The notes: generated by a model not told the origin, from the letters alone. A stretch of 64,000 nt of DNA from Botryllus schlosseri (GCA_051294905.1 CM119372.1:19344001-19408000); one strand, 5' to 3'; shown: positions 1-25,906, counted from the first letter of the stretch. Program-made: numbers and translations.

Positions 1-1098
1 GAGATGCGTACATAATTCTTGCTGTGGATGTTGGTTCCATGGAACCATCGACATCTATCGTAAACCGGAAAATGTAGTTTGCTAGCTTGGTTTGAGCGGT
101 TCACGCGACCACAAAACAACATGCATTCGTTCGCAAACCGTAGTATGGCCGCAAATCGAATTACTTGAAGATGGATCGGCAACAAAAGTTTATAGGGATT
201 TAAGGGGTCAATTGTCAGAAACTGGGAGAATTTGTGGGTCGCATACAAATATCCCATCTGCATCTGTTCTCAAACAGTTAGAGAGTAGTATTGGACTTAT
301 TACCAGAAGATGACATTGTAAATTTGTATCGATATTTGATGTCGAAGTTTATGGCTGCATAAGAAACTCTTCAGAAAGTGCGTCAATTTGACTGTCACTG
401 TGCACGCGTTCTCAGCGCCACATATCACGAATGTGCTCAATCCATCGGTCATCAAAAAAGATTGTGAACTGATGGAAGTGTTGGAGCCCGATATCCATGC
501 AGATGAATAGGCTACTTCCATTACGTTATACTGAAAGAGATCTGCATTAAATATGTAATCCACACACGCAACTTTAGCTACATTACAGCTAAAGTTGTGT
601 GTATGTGTAACATGAGTCGGTGTATATGCCGCAAAAACATCAAGGACAAAAATAAACTACGTCCTTCCTTCCTAAAGCGATGATGAACTCGCATTTTGAT
701 ATTTATGTATTCATACTATGAACGAAAACTGATTCCGAATGAAACTGCTTTCATATTTTGAATTGATCAACAATTTACTTGTATCCTATATGTTTGCGAC
801 GAAATACTCTATATATCCCTGGTTTGCATATGCATGTGCCATCTAGTCAGTGGTTCTTAACCTTTTTCCTCAAGCGCCCCTTTCAAAAATTATCGGGCTC
901 TAGCGCCCCCCATATTGTAAGGACTGTAATAAAGAAAAGTGGGTAAGAGGGAGAAGCCATAACAACAGCTAGTCAGCCCCCTAAAAAACGACCCATAGCG
1001 GGATAAACCAAACTTTCAGGGGATTCGCCGTGATTTCGATGGTCAACAAAGTGTATGTGTGGTCTGGTCGCCCCAGGCGCCAGAATTTCCAAATTTCC

Positions 1099-2590
1099 GA
1101 TCCATTTTCATTGGATTCTGCTGAGTCCCCTACTGTGTTCCGAAGGCTGAAATATTTTTGGTGTGATGCTGGGATAGTCCTATTGACTTGTAGCATGGTG
1201 TGGTTCAGCTTATGGGGTCGCAGAGGGGTGAAAATGATTTTTCAAATTTCCGATATAATATCAGTACGGCCATTTTTTCCTGAAAAATGATCCATTTTCA
1301 TTGGATTCTGCTGAGTCCCCTACTGTGTTCCGAAGGCTGAAATATTTTTGGTGTGATGCTGGGATAGTCCTATTGACTTGTAGCATGGTGTGGTTCAGCT
1401 TATGGGGTCGCAGAGGGGTGAAAATGATTTTTCAAATTTCCGATATAATATCAGTACGGCCATTTTTTCCTGGAAAATGATCCATTTTCATTGGATTCTG
1501 CTGAGTCCCCTACTGTGTTCCGAAGGCTGAAATATTTTTGGTGTGATTCTGGGATAGTCCTATTGACTTGTAGCATGGTGTGGTTCAGCTTATAGGGTCG
1601 CAGAGGGGTGAAAATGATTTTTCAAATTTCCGATATAATATCAGTACGGCCATTTTTTTCCTGGAAAATGATCCATTTTCATTGGATTCTGCTGAGTCCC
1701 CTACTGTGTTCCGAAGGCTGAAATATTTTTGGTGTGATTCTGGGATAGTCCTATTGACTTGTAGCATGGTGTGGTTCAGCTTATGGGGTCGCAGAGGGGT
1801 GAAAATGATTTTTCAAATTTCCGATATAATATCAGTACGGCCATTTTTTTCCTGGAAAATGATCCATTTTCATTGGATTCTGCTGAGTCCCCTACTGTGT
1901 TCCGAAGGCTGAAATATTTTTGGTGTGATTCTGGGATAGTCCTATTGACTTGTAGCATGGTGTGGTTCAGCTTATGGGGTCGCAAAGGGGTGAAAATGAT
2001 TTTTCAAATTTCCGATATAATATCAGTACGGCCATTTTTTTCCTGGAAAATGATCCATTTTCATTGGATTCTGCTGAGTCCCCTACTGTGTTCCGAAGGC
2101 TGAAATATTTTTTGTTGTGATGCTGGGATAGTCTTTTCGACTTGTAGCATGGTGTAGTTCAGCTTATGAGGTCGCAGAGGGGTGAAAATGATTTTTCAAA
2201 TTTCCGATATAATATCAGTACGGTAATTTTTTTTCCTGAAAAATGATCCATTTTCATAGGATTCTGCTGAGTCCCCTACTGTGTTCCGAAGGCTGAAATA
2301 TTTTTTGTTGTAATGCTGGGATAGTCTTTTCGACTTGTAGCATGGTGTAGTTCAGCTTATGAGGTCGCAGAGGGGTGAAAATGATTTTTCAAATTTCGAA
2401 TATAATATCAGTACGGGCACGTCTGTTTCCTGAAAAATGATCCATTTTCATCGGATTCCGCTGAGTCCCCTACTGTGTTCCCAAGGCTGAAATATTTTTT
2501 GATGTCATTTGGGATTGTTATTTGAACTTGTAGCAAGGAGTGGACTTGCCCTTGTGGTCGCAGAGGGGTGAATATGATTTTTGGATTTCA
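1099..2590. repeat. Tandem array of ~190-194 bp units, about 7.8 copies
   Basis: The unit start GATCCATTTTCA recurs at 1099, 1289, 1479, 1670, 1861, 2052, 2245 and 2439. Copies 1-5 are near-identical, copies 6-7 share diagnostic changes, and copy 8 is degenerate. There are no unique spacers. Confidence 0.97.
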
Positions 2591-3139
2591 TCGTTAAAAT
2601 GTAGGCATTTGAATGTCTATTTGCCGGAGCAAGATCTTCTTTGTTGACCACCTCTAAATATTTGGAGCTGGCAATCGGTTTTTCTGAGAATTTTGAAATC
2701 TGGCAACACATATCATAGTTATTTCTAAATTTTATAGACTGAAAAAAATCATGCTATTCCCGTACATTCACAATGATTCACCCGGTCATCATATTTCTGC
2801 GGATGTGCTATTAGCATCACAGTGGTCTCAAATTCGCCGATATTATTTTTGTGTTGATTCCATATTTCATGCACTGTTGGTTTCTTAGCTTACTGCTGTA
2901 CCATAGAGGTATTGCAGATAAAAACAGGCGGTCGAAAACATTACATTGCAACTTCGAATAATAGTAAAGTCACAACATTATTATTGGTATTTCGTCTATC
3001 AGTCCTGATACTTTAAAAATAGGGCCAGAAACTGTTAAAACTGGGGAAAATTACGATATTATGAATGCGAGTCATTTTAAATCACTCGAGCAGAGTTGAA
3101 AAAGTGCGTTTGTATATACAGCTCGGTGGTGGTTGAGAG

Positions 3140-3397
3140 AGAAAAAGATATGATATTTTTTTTCGCCTGCACCATCGAGATGCTTTTGACGACGGAGTTG
3201 CGATACGTGAGGTCATCTTGTCTGCGCCCCCGTTTTTTCTCCTCCATGCTATCCGTGATTGCTGAGCGCCTGGCAATCCTGGCATGATAGCTGCGAATAC
3301 CAATTTTCCAGTCTTTGGTAAGACCCGGCCGGGGATCAAATCCACGACTTACCGATCGAGAAGCCGGACGCATACCGATTATACTATCTCGCTCGGT
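3140..3397 (-). mobile_element. tRNA-derived SINE, Meta-domain-like
   Basis: The minus strand has an A-box-like TAGTATAATCGG and a B-box-like GGATTTGATCCCC. These are followed by GGGTCTTACCAAAGACTGGAAAATTGGTATTCGCAGC...GCGCTCAGCA, which resembles the MetaSINE central domain as I recall it. The 3' boundary is approximate. Confidence 0.72.
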
Positions 3398-3827
3398 TGA
3401 ACTGAAAACTTCACATAATCAGACATGCTACACCTGGATTTTTCCACCCAGATCTGTTTTTAAGCATCACCTGAAATCTGTGTTTTTTTCAACATCATGT
3501 TCATGTTTATTGTTTATACGCTCGAAAATTAATTATTAGATTATTAAGATCATAATATCGTCCAATGCACGCACTTCAGTTCCCCATAGTCCATGTATTA
3601 CGCTGTTATTATAACGACAGTATTGGAAGACTGTTTCACTATTAAACTAGGAGGCTTTGGCGTGATGCGATGGAGCTTCATAGAATAGCAACTTACAGGT
3701 AGCAGAAACCAAAGGTTCATAACCCTTGAAACTCATTGGAAACAATTTGAAACGATTAAGACTTGACTACTAGTATCACTCCAGCAAATTCGTCATGAAT
3801 CGATAGACACTGTGTAGGCCGATAACT

Positions 3828-4157
3828 TAGGGTTACCATACGTCCCCTTTTAAGAGGATTTGTCCTCTTTTTTGACTTTTTTGATCGTCCTCGCAGGACC
3901 CTAAATGTCTTCTTTTTCGAAATTTTGTCCTCTTTTTTGAGAATTTTGGTTAAATATTGGGCAAAATTTGACTGAGCAGCACTGAAGCGACGCTCCGGCG
4001 GCTATTTCTGAAGCTGAGCCGGAAAGCTGACTTTTTTTTAGTTAACCGACGACCAAGTGGGAAAAATTTACCATTTTTCAGCATTTTCCTCCGGTATTGC
4101 AAGTCTGAAAATTTGTTAAAAGTGTCCTCTTCCAATTTCCAAAATATGGTAACTCTA
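3828..4157. mobile_element. hAT-type MITE (330 bp)
   Basis: TIRs TAGGGTTACCATA / TATGGTAACTCTA; 8-bp flanks CGATAACT / CTATAACT (7/8); subterminal GTCCTC repeats. Confidence 0.85.
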
Positions 4158-4629
4158 CTATAACTGTATGGTTGGTACAATAGCACATGGGTAGACCGTG
4201 CTGATCCGACTAAGCTATCCTAGTTATCTAGTATAGGCCTACATTTAGTTCCAACAGAGATACGCATATTTTATCACCCTCAGCAAGTTAGTTAGAGGCG
4301 TTTTGGTTATTAACGCATTCGAATGCACATTTAATTTCATGATTTGGTGGTTATGTTGTCGACTATGGGTCTGTGTCGTTATCCCAAATATAAGTGATTG
4401 TCTCGGGATTAATCAATCGAAAGCAGGAAAGCTACTTTCCGCTAGTCAGGTCACGGAAAATCGAAAATCACCCACAGAAATTGGGAATGGATGGCATTGT
4501 TACGAAATTCCGCAGCGCATTGAAGCCCCGCACCAATTGTCATCTTATGAAAATTAGATTGAATATATGATCTGGGTTTATTTAGCCTCCACACCTGTTT
4601 TTTTCGAATACCCCAGTGGCATTCCTGAA

Positions 4630-4733
4630 CATAATGACTTGGACTCGGTGGGGAATTGAAAATGACTCGAGTCAAAACTATAAAAGTGGGATTGACTTGT
4701 GACTCGGAACCTTGTGGCTTGGTTACAAACCTG
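4630..4733 (+). mobile_element. Right-end fragment of the GACTCGAGTC-type hAT MITE family
   Basis: Aligns to the right end of the full copy at 10932-11455 (GAATTGAAAATGACTCGAGTCA...TTACAA(A)CCTG). Confidence 0.7.
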
Positions 4734-4789
4734 GCTCTTTCCATTCCTTATTTGCCATCATCATCATTGGTTTATTAGCAATTTTATCA

Positions 4790-5050
4790 GTTCAATACAC
4801 CACAAAATGCGATACAATGAAAGATAGGAAGGCGTCGAAGCGACTTGGAGTAGTCTATGAAATTGGACACCCATCTTGGCCTAGGCCATGTAAAGAGGAG
4901 GCATGCACACTGCGTGAAAAGTACAGAAGATAGCATAGAAAAAAGCAAGCGGGACTTTTCGGGACCCTTTGTCGTCGTAAGAACAGCGACGCGGGGAAGA
5001 GGCGCCCAGAATAACATCCGACGCAGAATTTTAGATGTCAGCTGATGGTA
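4790..5050 (+). pseudogene. Possible decayed RTE-like LINE 3' ORF fragment
   Basis: The translation LGLGHVKRRHAHCVKSTEDSIEKSKRDFSGP loosely resembles the RTE RT C-terminal motif RWFGHVxRR...GKRxRGRP. The match is weak and frameshifted. Confidence 0.35.
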
Positions 5051-5118
5051 TGAAGGAAATATGTCATGATTGTTTATATACAATGTTCTTTCCAATTCTC
5101 TACAAGTTGCTGACGATT

Positions 5119-5540
5119 ACCAGGGTTGTAACCAAGTAACAAGTCAATCTCACTTTTATAGTTTTAACTCCAGTCATTTTCAATTCACCACCGATTCAAG
5201 TCCGAGTCCAAGTCATTGTGTTGACTGCTCAGTGCTCATTTTCCAGTTAAAGTCTTGTTAACCCACTTTTTAGTGATACGAATGGTTCGCATTTATAATA
5301 TACTAATTTTCTTCACTTTTAGCAGTTTCTGGTCGCATTTTCAAGAACCAGTACCAATAGACGAAATCCCAATAGTGTGGTAACTGTACTAGTCTTAGAA
5401 ATTACAATGAAATGTCGGTATTGGCCGTCTGAGTGTCGAGTCATACGACTTGGTTCGAGTAATGCGCGGTGACTAGAGTCCAAGTCGAGTCAATACACAG
5501 ATGGGCTCGAATCGAGTCATTTCCGAATTTTGCACCCAAT
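5119..5540 (-). mobile_element. GACTCGAGTC-type hAT MITE, inverted and truncated copy
   Basis: Starts CAGGGTTGTAAC. Its reverse complement aligns along 11060-11455, including the internal ATTGGTATTTCGTCTA...CCAGAAACTG block, which is also present at about 2980-3060. Confidence 0.75.
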
Positions 5541-5616
5541 TTAGTCGACGTATATGATATGGAGTGACTGAAACCCGTGAAATCGTCGTCGGTTCAACGG
5601 TTATAGCAAGTAGATA

Positions 5617-5831
5617 CAGACTTGGACTAGATAATTCTAGTTGTCTAATTTCACTAAATGCCAGTAATCTAATTATAATCTAATTTGGAAAAGCTGAAAA
5701 TTTTCTAGTTGTCCAAGTATATGCTTGGACTGGATAATTCTAGTCGTCTAATTTCACTAAATTAGATCAAAACACCAGTAATCTCTAATCTAATTTGGAA
5801 AAGTTAAAAATTTTCTAGTTGTCCAAGTCTG
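5617..5831. mobile_element. hAT MITE (215 bp) with an internal ~100-bp tandem duplication
   Basis: Perfect 11-bp TIR CAGACTTGGAC / GTCCAAGTCTG; perfect 8-bp TSD AGTAGATA (5609-5616, 5832-5839). Confidence 0.92.
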
Positions 5832-6240
5832 AGTAGATATAGATCATTGAAACGGAATGGGTGTTCTGATGATTAGCGCCGACCGTAAAATGCTGTCCTT
5901 GTTAAAAACATTTTGGAGTCATATTTAATCGAATACGTTTAAAAAGAAAAGTTGCTTTCTCTGGTAATTATCTTGTGAATATTAGATAACGGATATGCCA
6001 ACGAGGGCGATAAATTCGTAACGTTTAGTTAACCACATTGCATACAAAATCAATTGAAGCTCAGATCATAAAATCACAAAATTTGCTGCAGCTGATTTAT
6101 TCTCGATGGGCAACAATGAACAAGTTATCAATTGCAGAATTGTAAAAATGATTAGATGAGATGTACTCTTAAACTTCCATGGATATGTTATTGCACTAGT
6201 CGAATGGTAAATACGATTACAAAAGTAACACACATGACTC

Positions 6241-15375
<9,135 letters not shown>

Positions 15376-15888
15376 GACGATATATGCTCTAGCACGTTTG
15401 GTAATAAACGAATTTGAGAACGAGGGATTATTCTACAAACATCAAGTATAGCTCAAGATTTCATCACAGACCTGACCGTTGGTATACATATGAGAAGAAC
15501 AGGACATAGGCCCTACCCTAGGGTAACAGTAGCAACAAAACATTTGCTCATGGCATTGGCGGCAATGAGTTGAATGCAGCCAAGTGTATATCTAGAAAGA
15601 CTGCAACAAAGATCTTGGTAAAAACTAGGTACAAAATATTAACAGACCAAAAAGCCGGTCATATATTGATCAAAGTACACCAATTTTATCTTGTTAATTA
15701 CTCAATTCCCGGCTTTATCCGCGATCTCCAATAAAACAAGATATATATGCCACACACTCCAAAATAATATATTTTAGCCAGCATTGAATGTTGAAAATTC
15801 AACTCAGAGATGTGCACAGTGTGTCCAAAAATAATCATTTTGTGATACCATAAGTCGAACGCAATTCTTCAATAGTGACAATAAAAAT

Positions 15889-17319
15889 CTATTCTTTCGA
15901 GACCTTGAAATATTTATCTCTGAATGCATTGTGTCCGCTAAACATTTTCATGTTTACAGCCCCACTGCCTTGACATGAGACATTTAGTTTCTCCATCACA
16001 ATAAGACGCCTTGACGTCTCTTTTTTAAGTGGTTGCTCACAGTTATAAACAAGTTTCAGATTAGGGTGAGAAGGTATATTTTCTTCGGCATATTCTGGTC
16101 TGTAAATAGGTATCCAGTACACTAAACGTCCGCCAGGAACAAGTGTTGACGAGGCAAAAGTCAACAAATCAGAGTAAACATGGTTCAGATGGTAGGCAGT
16201 ACGTTCCGGGTGGTGTACTTCAAATTCAGAGAAATCAGTAAGTGGTTCTTTCGCTGTTCCAACTTTACGGCAGCCTTCCCTGATACCATAAGGCGGATCG
16301 GTGATTATGGCATCAAACACTCCGTTTGTTTTTCGTTCCCGATAACTCCATGCGTTTCTAGCTGCATCATGAAGTAGTACATCAACAAATTTATCGCCAA
16401 GACTGTATTGCCGCAAACTGTTGTGAATTGTCTCGTCTTTCTCTCGATATCCAGCACCAACGCGCGAGGATTTACCCCTTGAATGGAGAATATTATAATT
16501 GATATCCCCTCCGGTTACGAATCCACCAAAATGAGCAGCAGCTATCAAAAGACTTCCGGTTCCCACAAATGGATCACAAATGTAATCACCGTTTTTCACT
16601 TTTGCTAGATTTGACATGATTAATGACAGTCCAGACTCCATCGATGTATTCCCGATAAACTTCCTTTGCTTCACAGAGTAGTTGGAGATAAGACTTCTCT
16701 GACCATCAGTAATCAGACGGCCGAAGTAGACGTACTTAGGGTGCAAAATCTTCTTACCGGAAAAGCTACCATAATCTTCGATGACGTGGAACTCATTTGA
16801 TGGATTGTTGAGATTCACTGCTCCTGCAAACGGCAGCTGCCCTTGAAGGCTTTCGATCTTCATTATCTGCTCTTTGAGCGATATTTTTCTCCCAGAGGCC
16901 TTGACACGAATGCAGAAAGAGTTTTCATATGAGAAGTATTTCTGCTTTACTTCACTGGAGTACTTCATAATAGAGGTTTTAAGGCTGTCATAATCAGGTC
17001 CATGACCCCAAATTTCGTAAGCTTGTTTGCCAAAAACAGATCTTGACATCAAGTTCCTGATATCGTCTTCATTTACGTCTTGAAATACTATGTAAGGACA
17101 TCTCGTTCCATCTTCTTCAGTGTGGGATCGTAGACTGCCTCCCATTTCTAACTGCGCCGCAATATCACCATCACCATTCCGTGCGTTGTAAGAAAGAAAT
17201 CTTTTGTCCCAAATATTACCTAATTGCTTGCCAAACAGCTGCGCGATTGATTCTAGTTCCGGGATTCTAAATTCAAGCTTTTCGTGTGCCAAATGTATCA
17301 AGTATCTCTGAGCCTGCAT
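15889..17319 (-). CDS. TRMT11: tRNA (guanine(10)-N2)-methyltransferase, single coding exon, about 476 aa
   Basis: Likely start MQAQRYLIHLAHEKLEFRIPE at ATG 17319. Contains YFGRLITDGQR, FIGNTSM, the SAM motif DPFVGTGSL, the catalytic DAIITDPPYGIRE, GGRLVYW and the C-terminal GHNAFRDKYF. Confidence 0.96.
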   Translation of the reverse strand: MQAQRYLIHLAHEKLEFRIPELESIAQLFGKQLGNIWDKRFLSYNARNGDGDIAAQLEMGGSLRSHTEEDGTRCPYIVFQDVNEDDIRNLMSRSVFGKQAYEIWGHGPDYDSLKTSIMKYSSEVKQKYFSYENSFCIRVKASGRKISLKEQIMKIESLQGQLPFAGAVNLNNPSNEFHVIEDYGSFSGKKILHPKYVYFGRLITDGQRSLISNYSVKQRKFIGNTSMESGLSLIMSNLAKVKNGDYICDPFVGTGSLLIAAAHFGGFVTGGDINYNILHSRGKSSRVGAGYREKDETIHNSLRQYSLGDKFVDVLLHDAARNAWSYRERKTNGVFDAIITDPPYGIREGCRKVGTAKEPLTDFSEFEVHHPERTAYHLNHVYSDLLTFASSTLVPGGRLVYWIPIYRPEYAEENIPSHPNLKLVYNCEQPLKKETSRRLIVMEKLNVSCQGSGAVNMKMFSGHNAFRDKYFKVSKE

Positions 17320-17767
17320 TGCGGTTTCCTTTGATATCAACTCTGCGTATTTAGAGTAACGTAGAATTATCGGCGAAGCATTGGTTGTTATGAATACAAC
17401 TGTAAATACTGTAACTACTTCCGAGTTCCGGTGCGATCTACTGCTGTAATCGAAGTGTCTCCCGAAATGTGTTGTATTCGATTCACCCACGTGACGCACT
17501 TGCTGCTACGTGCTACGTTTGCCGCAGACTAGGAACTGCTGCATTTACATTTGCACTCTCCGCGGTGAATGGCGTTCATAGCAAGTCGGCAGCGGCGTTT
17601 GGAAATGTCAGGGTACATAGATTCTATTTTCTTTGGGGAATTGTGCCCAATAATTTCGATACAAGAGATTTTTACTGTCTAAGTGGGCTGAGTCTAGGTG
17701 GGCTGAGGCTGCAACTATAGAGACTACAGAGATTTCTACTACTATATGAGATCTCGTAGTGCTAGAG

Positions 17768-18074
17768 CGGTGGTTCTCAAACTTTTTTAGACACGCCCCC
17801 CTTTCTGATAGTGAGAAATTTCGCGCCCCCCTTATTGTCATATCACAAAAGGCAACCAGAATGCTAGCAATCCCAACGGATAGTTTGATGTCATGAAAGG
17901 TTATGACTGTCGGTGAGAGAATTCTCAATTATTAAATTAGGACTATACAGTATACACACAGGGCAATAACTATGAATTGGGGGTAAATCGCGATCCAAAA
18001 TATTTTCAGTTGACCGCAGCTTCGCCCCCCCCCCCCCCCCAGGTGCTTTCACGCCCCAAGTTTGAGAACCACTG
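17768..18074. mobile_element. hAT MITE (307 bp) upstream of TRMT11
   Basis: TIR CGGTGGTTCTCAAACT / AGTTTGAGAACCACTG; perfect TSD TGCTAGAG (17760-17767, 18075-18082). Confidence 0.93.
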
Positions 18075-18104
18075 TGCTAGAGCAATTGGCTCGAACAGTA
18101 TTTC

Positions 18105-18260
18105 ACCAGCATAGGGTTGAACCCCGTCCTGGTCAGACCAACGATGGTATCCACGGCTTCCGCTTTACTGCATATCGTGTCACCATAGTAACTTGATACT
18201 CAAGGTTACCGCGATATCACCCCTCGGACCTCTTACTTCAATGCTCTTGAATTTCTACTC
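18105..18260 (+). mobile_element. Degenerate tRNA-derived SINE remnant
   Basis: A B-box-like GGGTTGAACCCC is followed by GGTCAGACCAACGATGGTATCCACGGCTTCC, a decayed version of the central domain in the SINE at 3140-3397. Confidence 0.4.
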
Positions 18261-19420
18261 TGCATAAATTGGCACCTCTCAGTGCCACTGCACTGGATAT
18301 GTTCCTACCGTCAACACAACATTCGTTTCGACCTAACCGATTCTCAGAATATCAACAATCACAGCAACTGAAATTAAACGTATGTTACCAGACATACCAG
18401 TTACACAATGTCGCTACATATCACTCAGACCATGATGCCACAGCATGTACCTACAATAGCACATCACATCTAGCAGCCCATTTATTTATGCAGGTTCACA
18501 CTAAAAAAAGAAACATAATACAACCCATCGGGCTGATGCACAATCATTGTGAACAATCGATCTCTCTTGTCTTGTCCTCATGCATTTAAATCTTGTCGCG
18601 TAATGGAGCTTGTGTCATATGCAGCATGCACAATTCATTTCGATCGGGGATGTATTACACCCACTTTCTGCAATCTAAAGATAGAGAAACATGTAACTTG
18701 GTCAAGTTGAAATCTAGCAAACATTGGTTCTCGAGAGATCTAGTATAATTAAACTCGGCATCATATTTCTAAGGGAGGAAAGCAAATACATAGACTGTGC
18801 CTAAAAGGGTCGAGGTTAGTGAGTAGCATATCAAGTCATGCTACAGGTTTGTCTGCAATGAAAGTACAATGTTATATTCAAATGTGGTTGCTACTCAAGT
18901 AGAAATAACAACGTAAACTCCTACTCTATTACTAGAAGTAGCATGAAGCCTACTAGCAGCATACTAGAAGCGACATGACATGTCAAAACTACTTCAAGTG
19001 GAAGCAAGACACAAACGTTCCCCAAGTAGTTTCAAAAAGTACATTTGGTGGAGGAGTCACATACTTTTATCAGTTCATCGGACCTCTGAAACTGCAATGT
19101 GAATCTTAGCAACTGACACTACATAACTAGAATCTTCGAAAACAGATTCATTTACCATGGTCCATGATACTGGGGCCATTTCACAGGGCAGGCATGACAA
19201 TTTCACTTACAAAATAGTCGCAAATTCATCCTGAAACTACTTTATACTTTTCATAATACAATTTAGAAAAAAACATATTTGGCCAGTAATATGCAGAAGT
19301 GCAACCAGTCTAAAATCCAATCCAGTCGAGACTCTAGTAGTGCAAGTACGCAAAACCTACTCTATCATTACGAAAAACCAGAAGCACATCGTTACTGACC
19401 ACATCTGGTTACATTCATAA

Positions 19421-20431
19421 CACTGGTCAACAAAATGAAAAGAAAAATTTTAGGCAAAACATCTGAGAGCCGTTTCTGGGGTTTTTGAGGTTGCTGATTA
19501 CGAATATCACATTAGTTTTGTCACATTGGCTCTTTGTCAGAAGATATTTATACCCCTAATAGCCCAAAATTACTGTATTTACCCTCAAATATTTCACTTG
19601 GTAGGAAGAAAATCGTAGTTTTTTCTAATTTCATACTGCGCATAAATAGATAATTGACTATGAAGAACCCTCAAGTCATTCTATCAATATTTACATGACA
19701 TGAGGTGAAATATTTGTTTGTCAAAAAAACAGTTTGTCATGCCTAAAAATTGGACTTTTGCACAACGGAAATATGTATTCTCCTGTATCAATTGATCATT
19801 CTCTCAAGATTAAGAGGAATATAAAAATATAAAATTTGTCCTTGAAACGCTCAACTACAATACTCATATGCGTCTCATATCTTTTGACTGGTAAATGGAT
19901 AATTTTCCAATGAGTCAACATAGTGGGTATACCTAGTAACCCTATCAAACGAGCAGATTATATTTGGTATCTGGTACATTTGAATACCAATGAATGATTC
20001 CAATTTCACATTGGGAAGAAGTTCACTGCATGTAATTTCTCCTAAGATGTAGTAAGTAAAAATTTTTACATGATCACAAAGCACCCGACTACAAACAGGT
20101 GGTCCCAAAATTAGCATCTGCATTTCGGAAACTTGAGCATAAAAGTTCAGTTCCTGGTCAGTCGTCTTGATATATTTCCTGATCATCTCGTTGATTAAGC
20201 AAGGGGAGAGGTTCTACCAAGACATCAGAACAACAAAAGAAAGATATAAGGGCAGAGCCGGTTTTTTATCTAGTCATTACCGCAAAAATGGGAGATTTTG
20301 GTCAAAATAACCCCATGGGTTATCTCAACAAGAGCCAATTTGAAAAAACCAAGGTCAGAGTCGGAATCAGTGGCCTTTAGAACCCCCAAAACCACTCTTA
20401 CTTTGTCTGCCTAAAAAAGTGCTGACCAGTG
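19421..20431 (+). mobile_element. Internally deleted Chapaev3-like (CMC) DNA transposon
   Basis: Termini CACTGGTCA...TGACCAGTG with long imperfect TIRs and a 3-bp TSD TAA. Plus-strand remnants at about 20060-20255 translate DHKAPDYKQVV..., LSIKVQFLVSRLDIFPDHL and QGERFYQDIRTTKERYKGR, matching the Chapaev3 transposase C-terminal pattern (SxKxHFLxSHLDxFPxNLG...EQGERFHQDI...RYQGR). Confidence 0.85.
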
Positions 20432-20458
20432 TAATCAAAGCCAAATACATACATGTGC

Positions 20459-25906
<5,448 letters not shown>

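Noticed and set aside
92-563. Short ORFs and protein-like frames at the window start
   Set aside because: There are no recognisable motifs or consistent splice phases, so they cannot be supported.
1099-2590. CRISPR array, or coding repeats (ORFs 1030-1290, 1580-1912, 1771-2103)
   Set aside because: The units are contiguous ~191-bp copies with no unique spacers, the context is eukaryotic, and the ORFs are by-products of the repeat.
17320-17499. 60-aa N-terminal extension of TRMT11 in the ORF track
   Set aside because: It starts at a GTG and has no similarity to TRMT11. Homology begins at MQAQRYL (ATG 17319).
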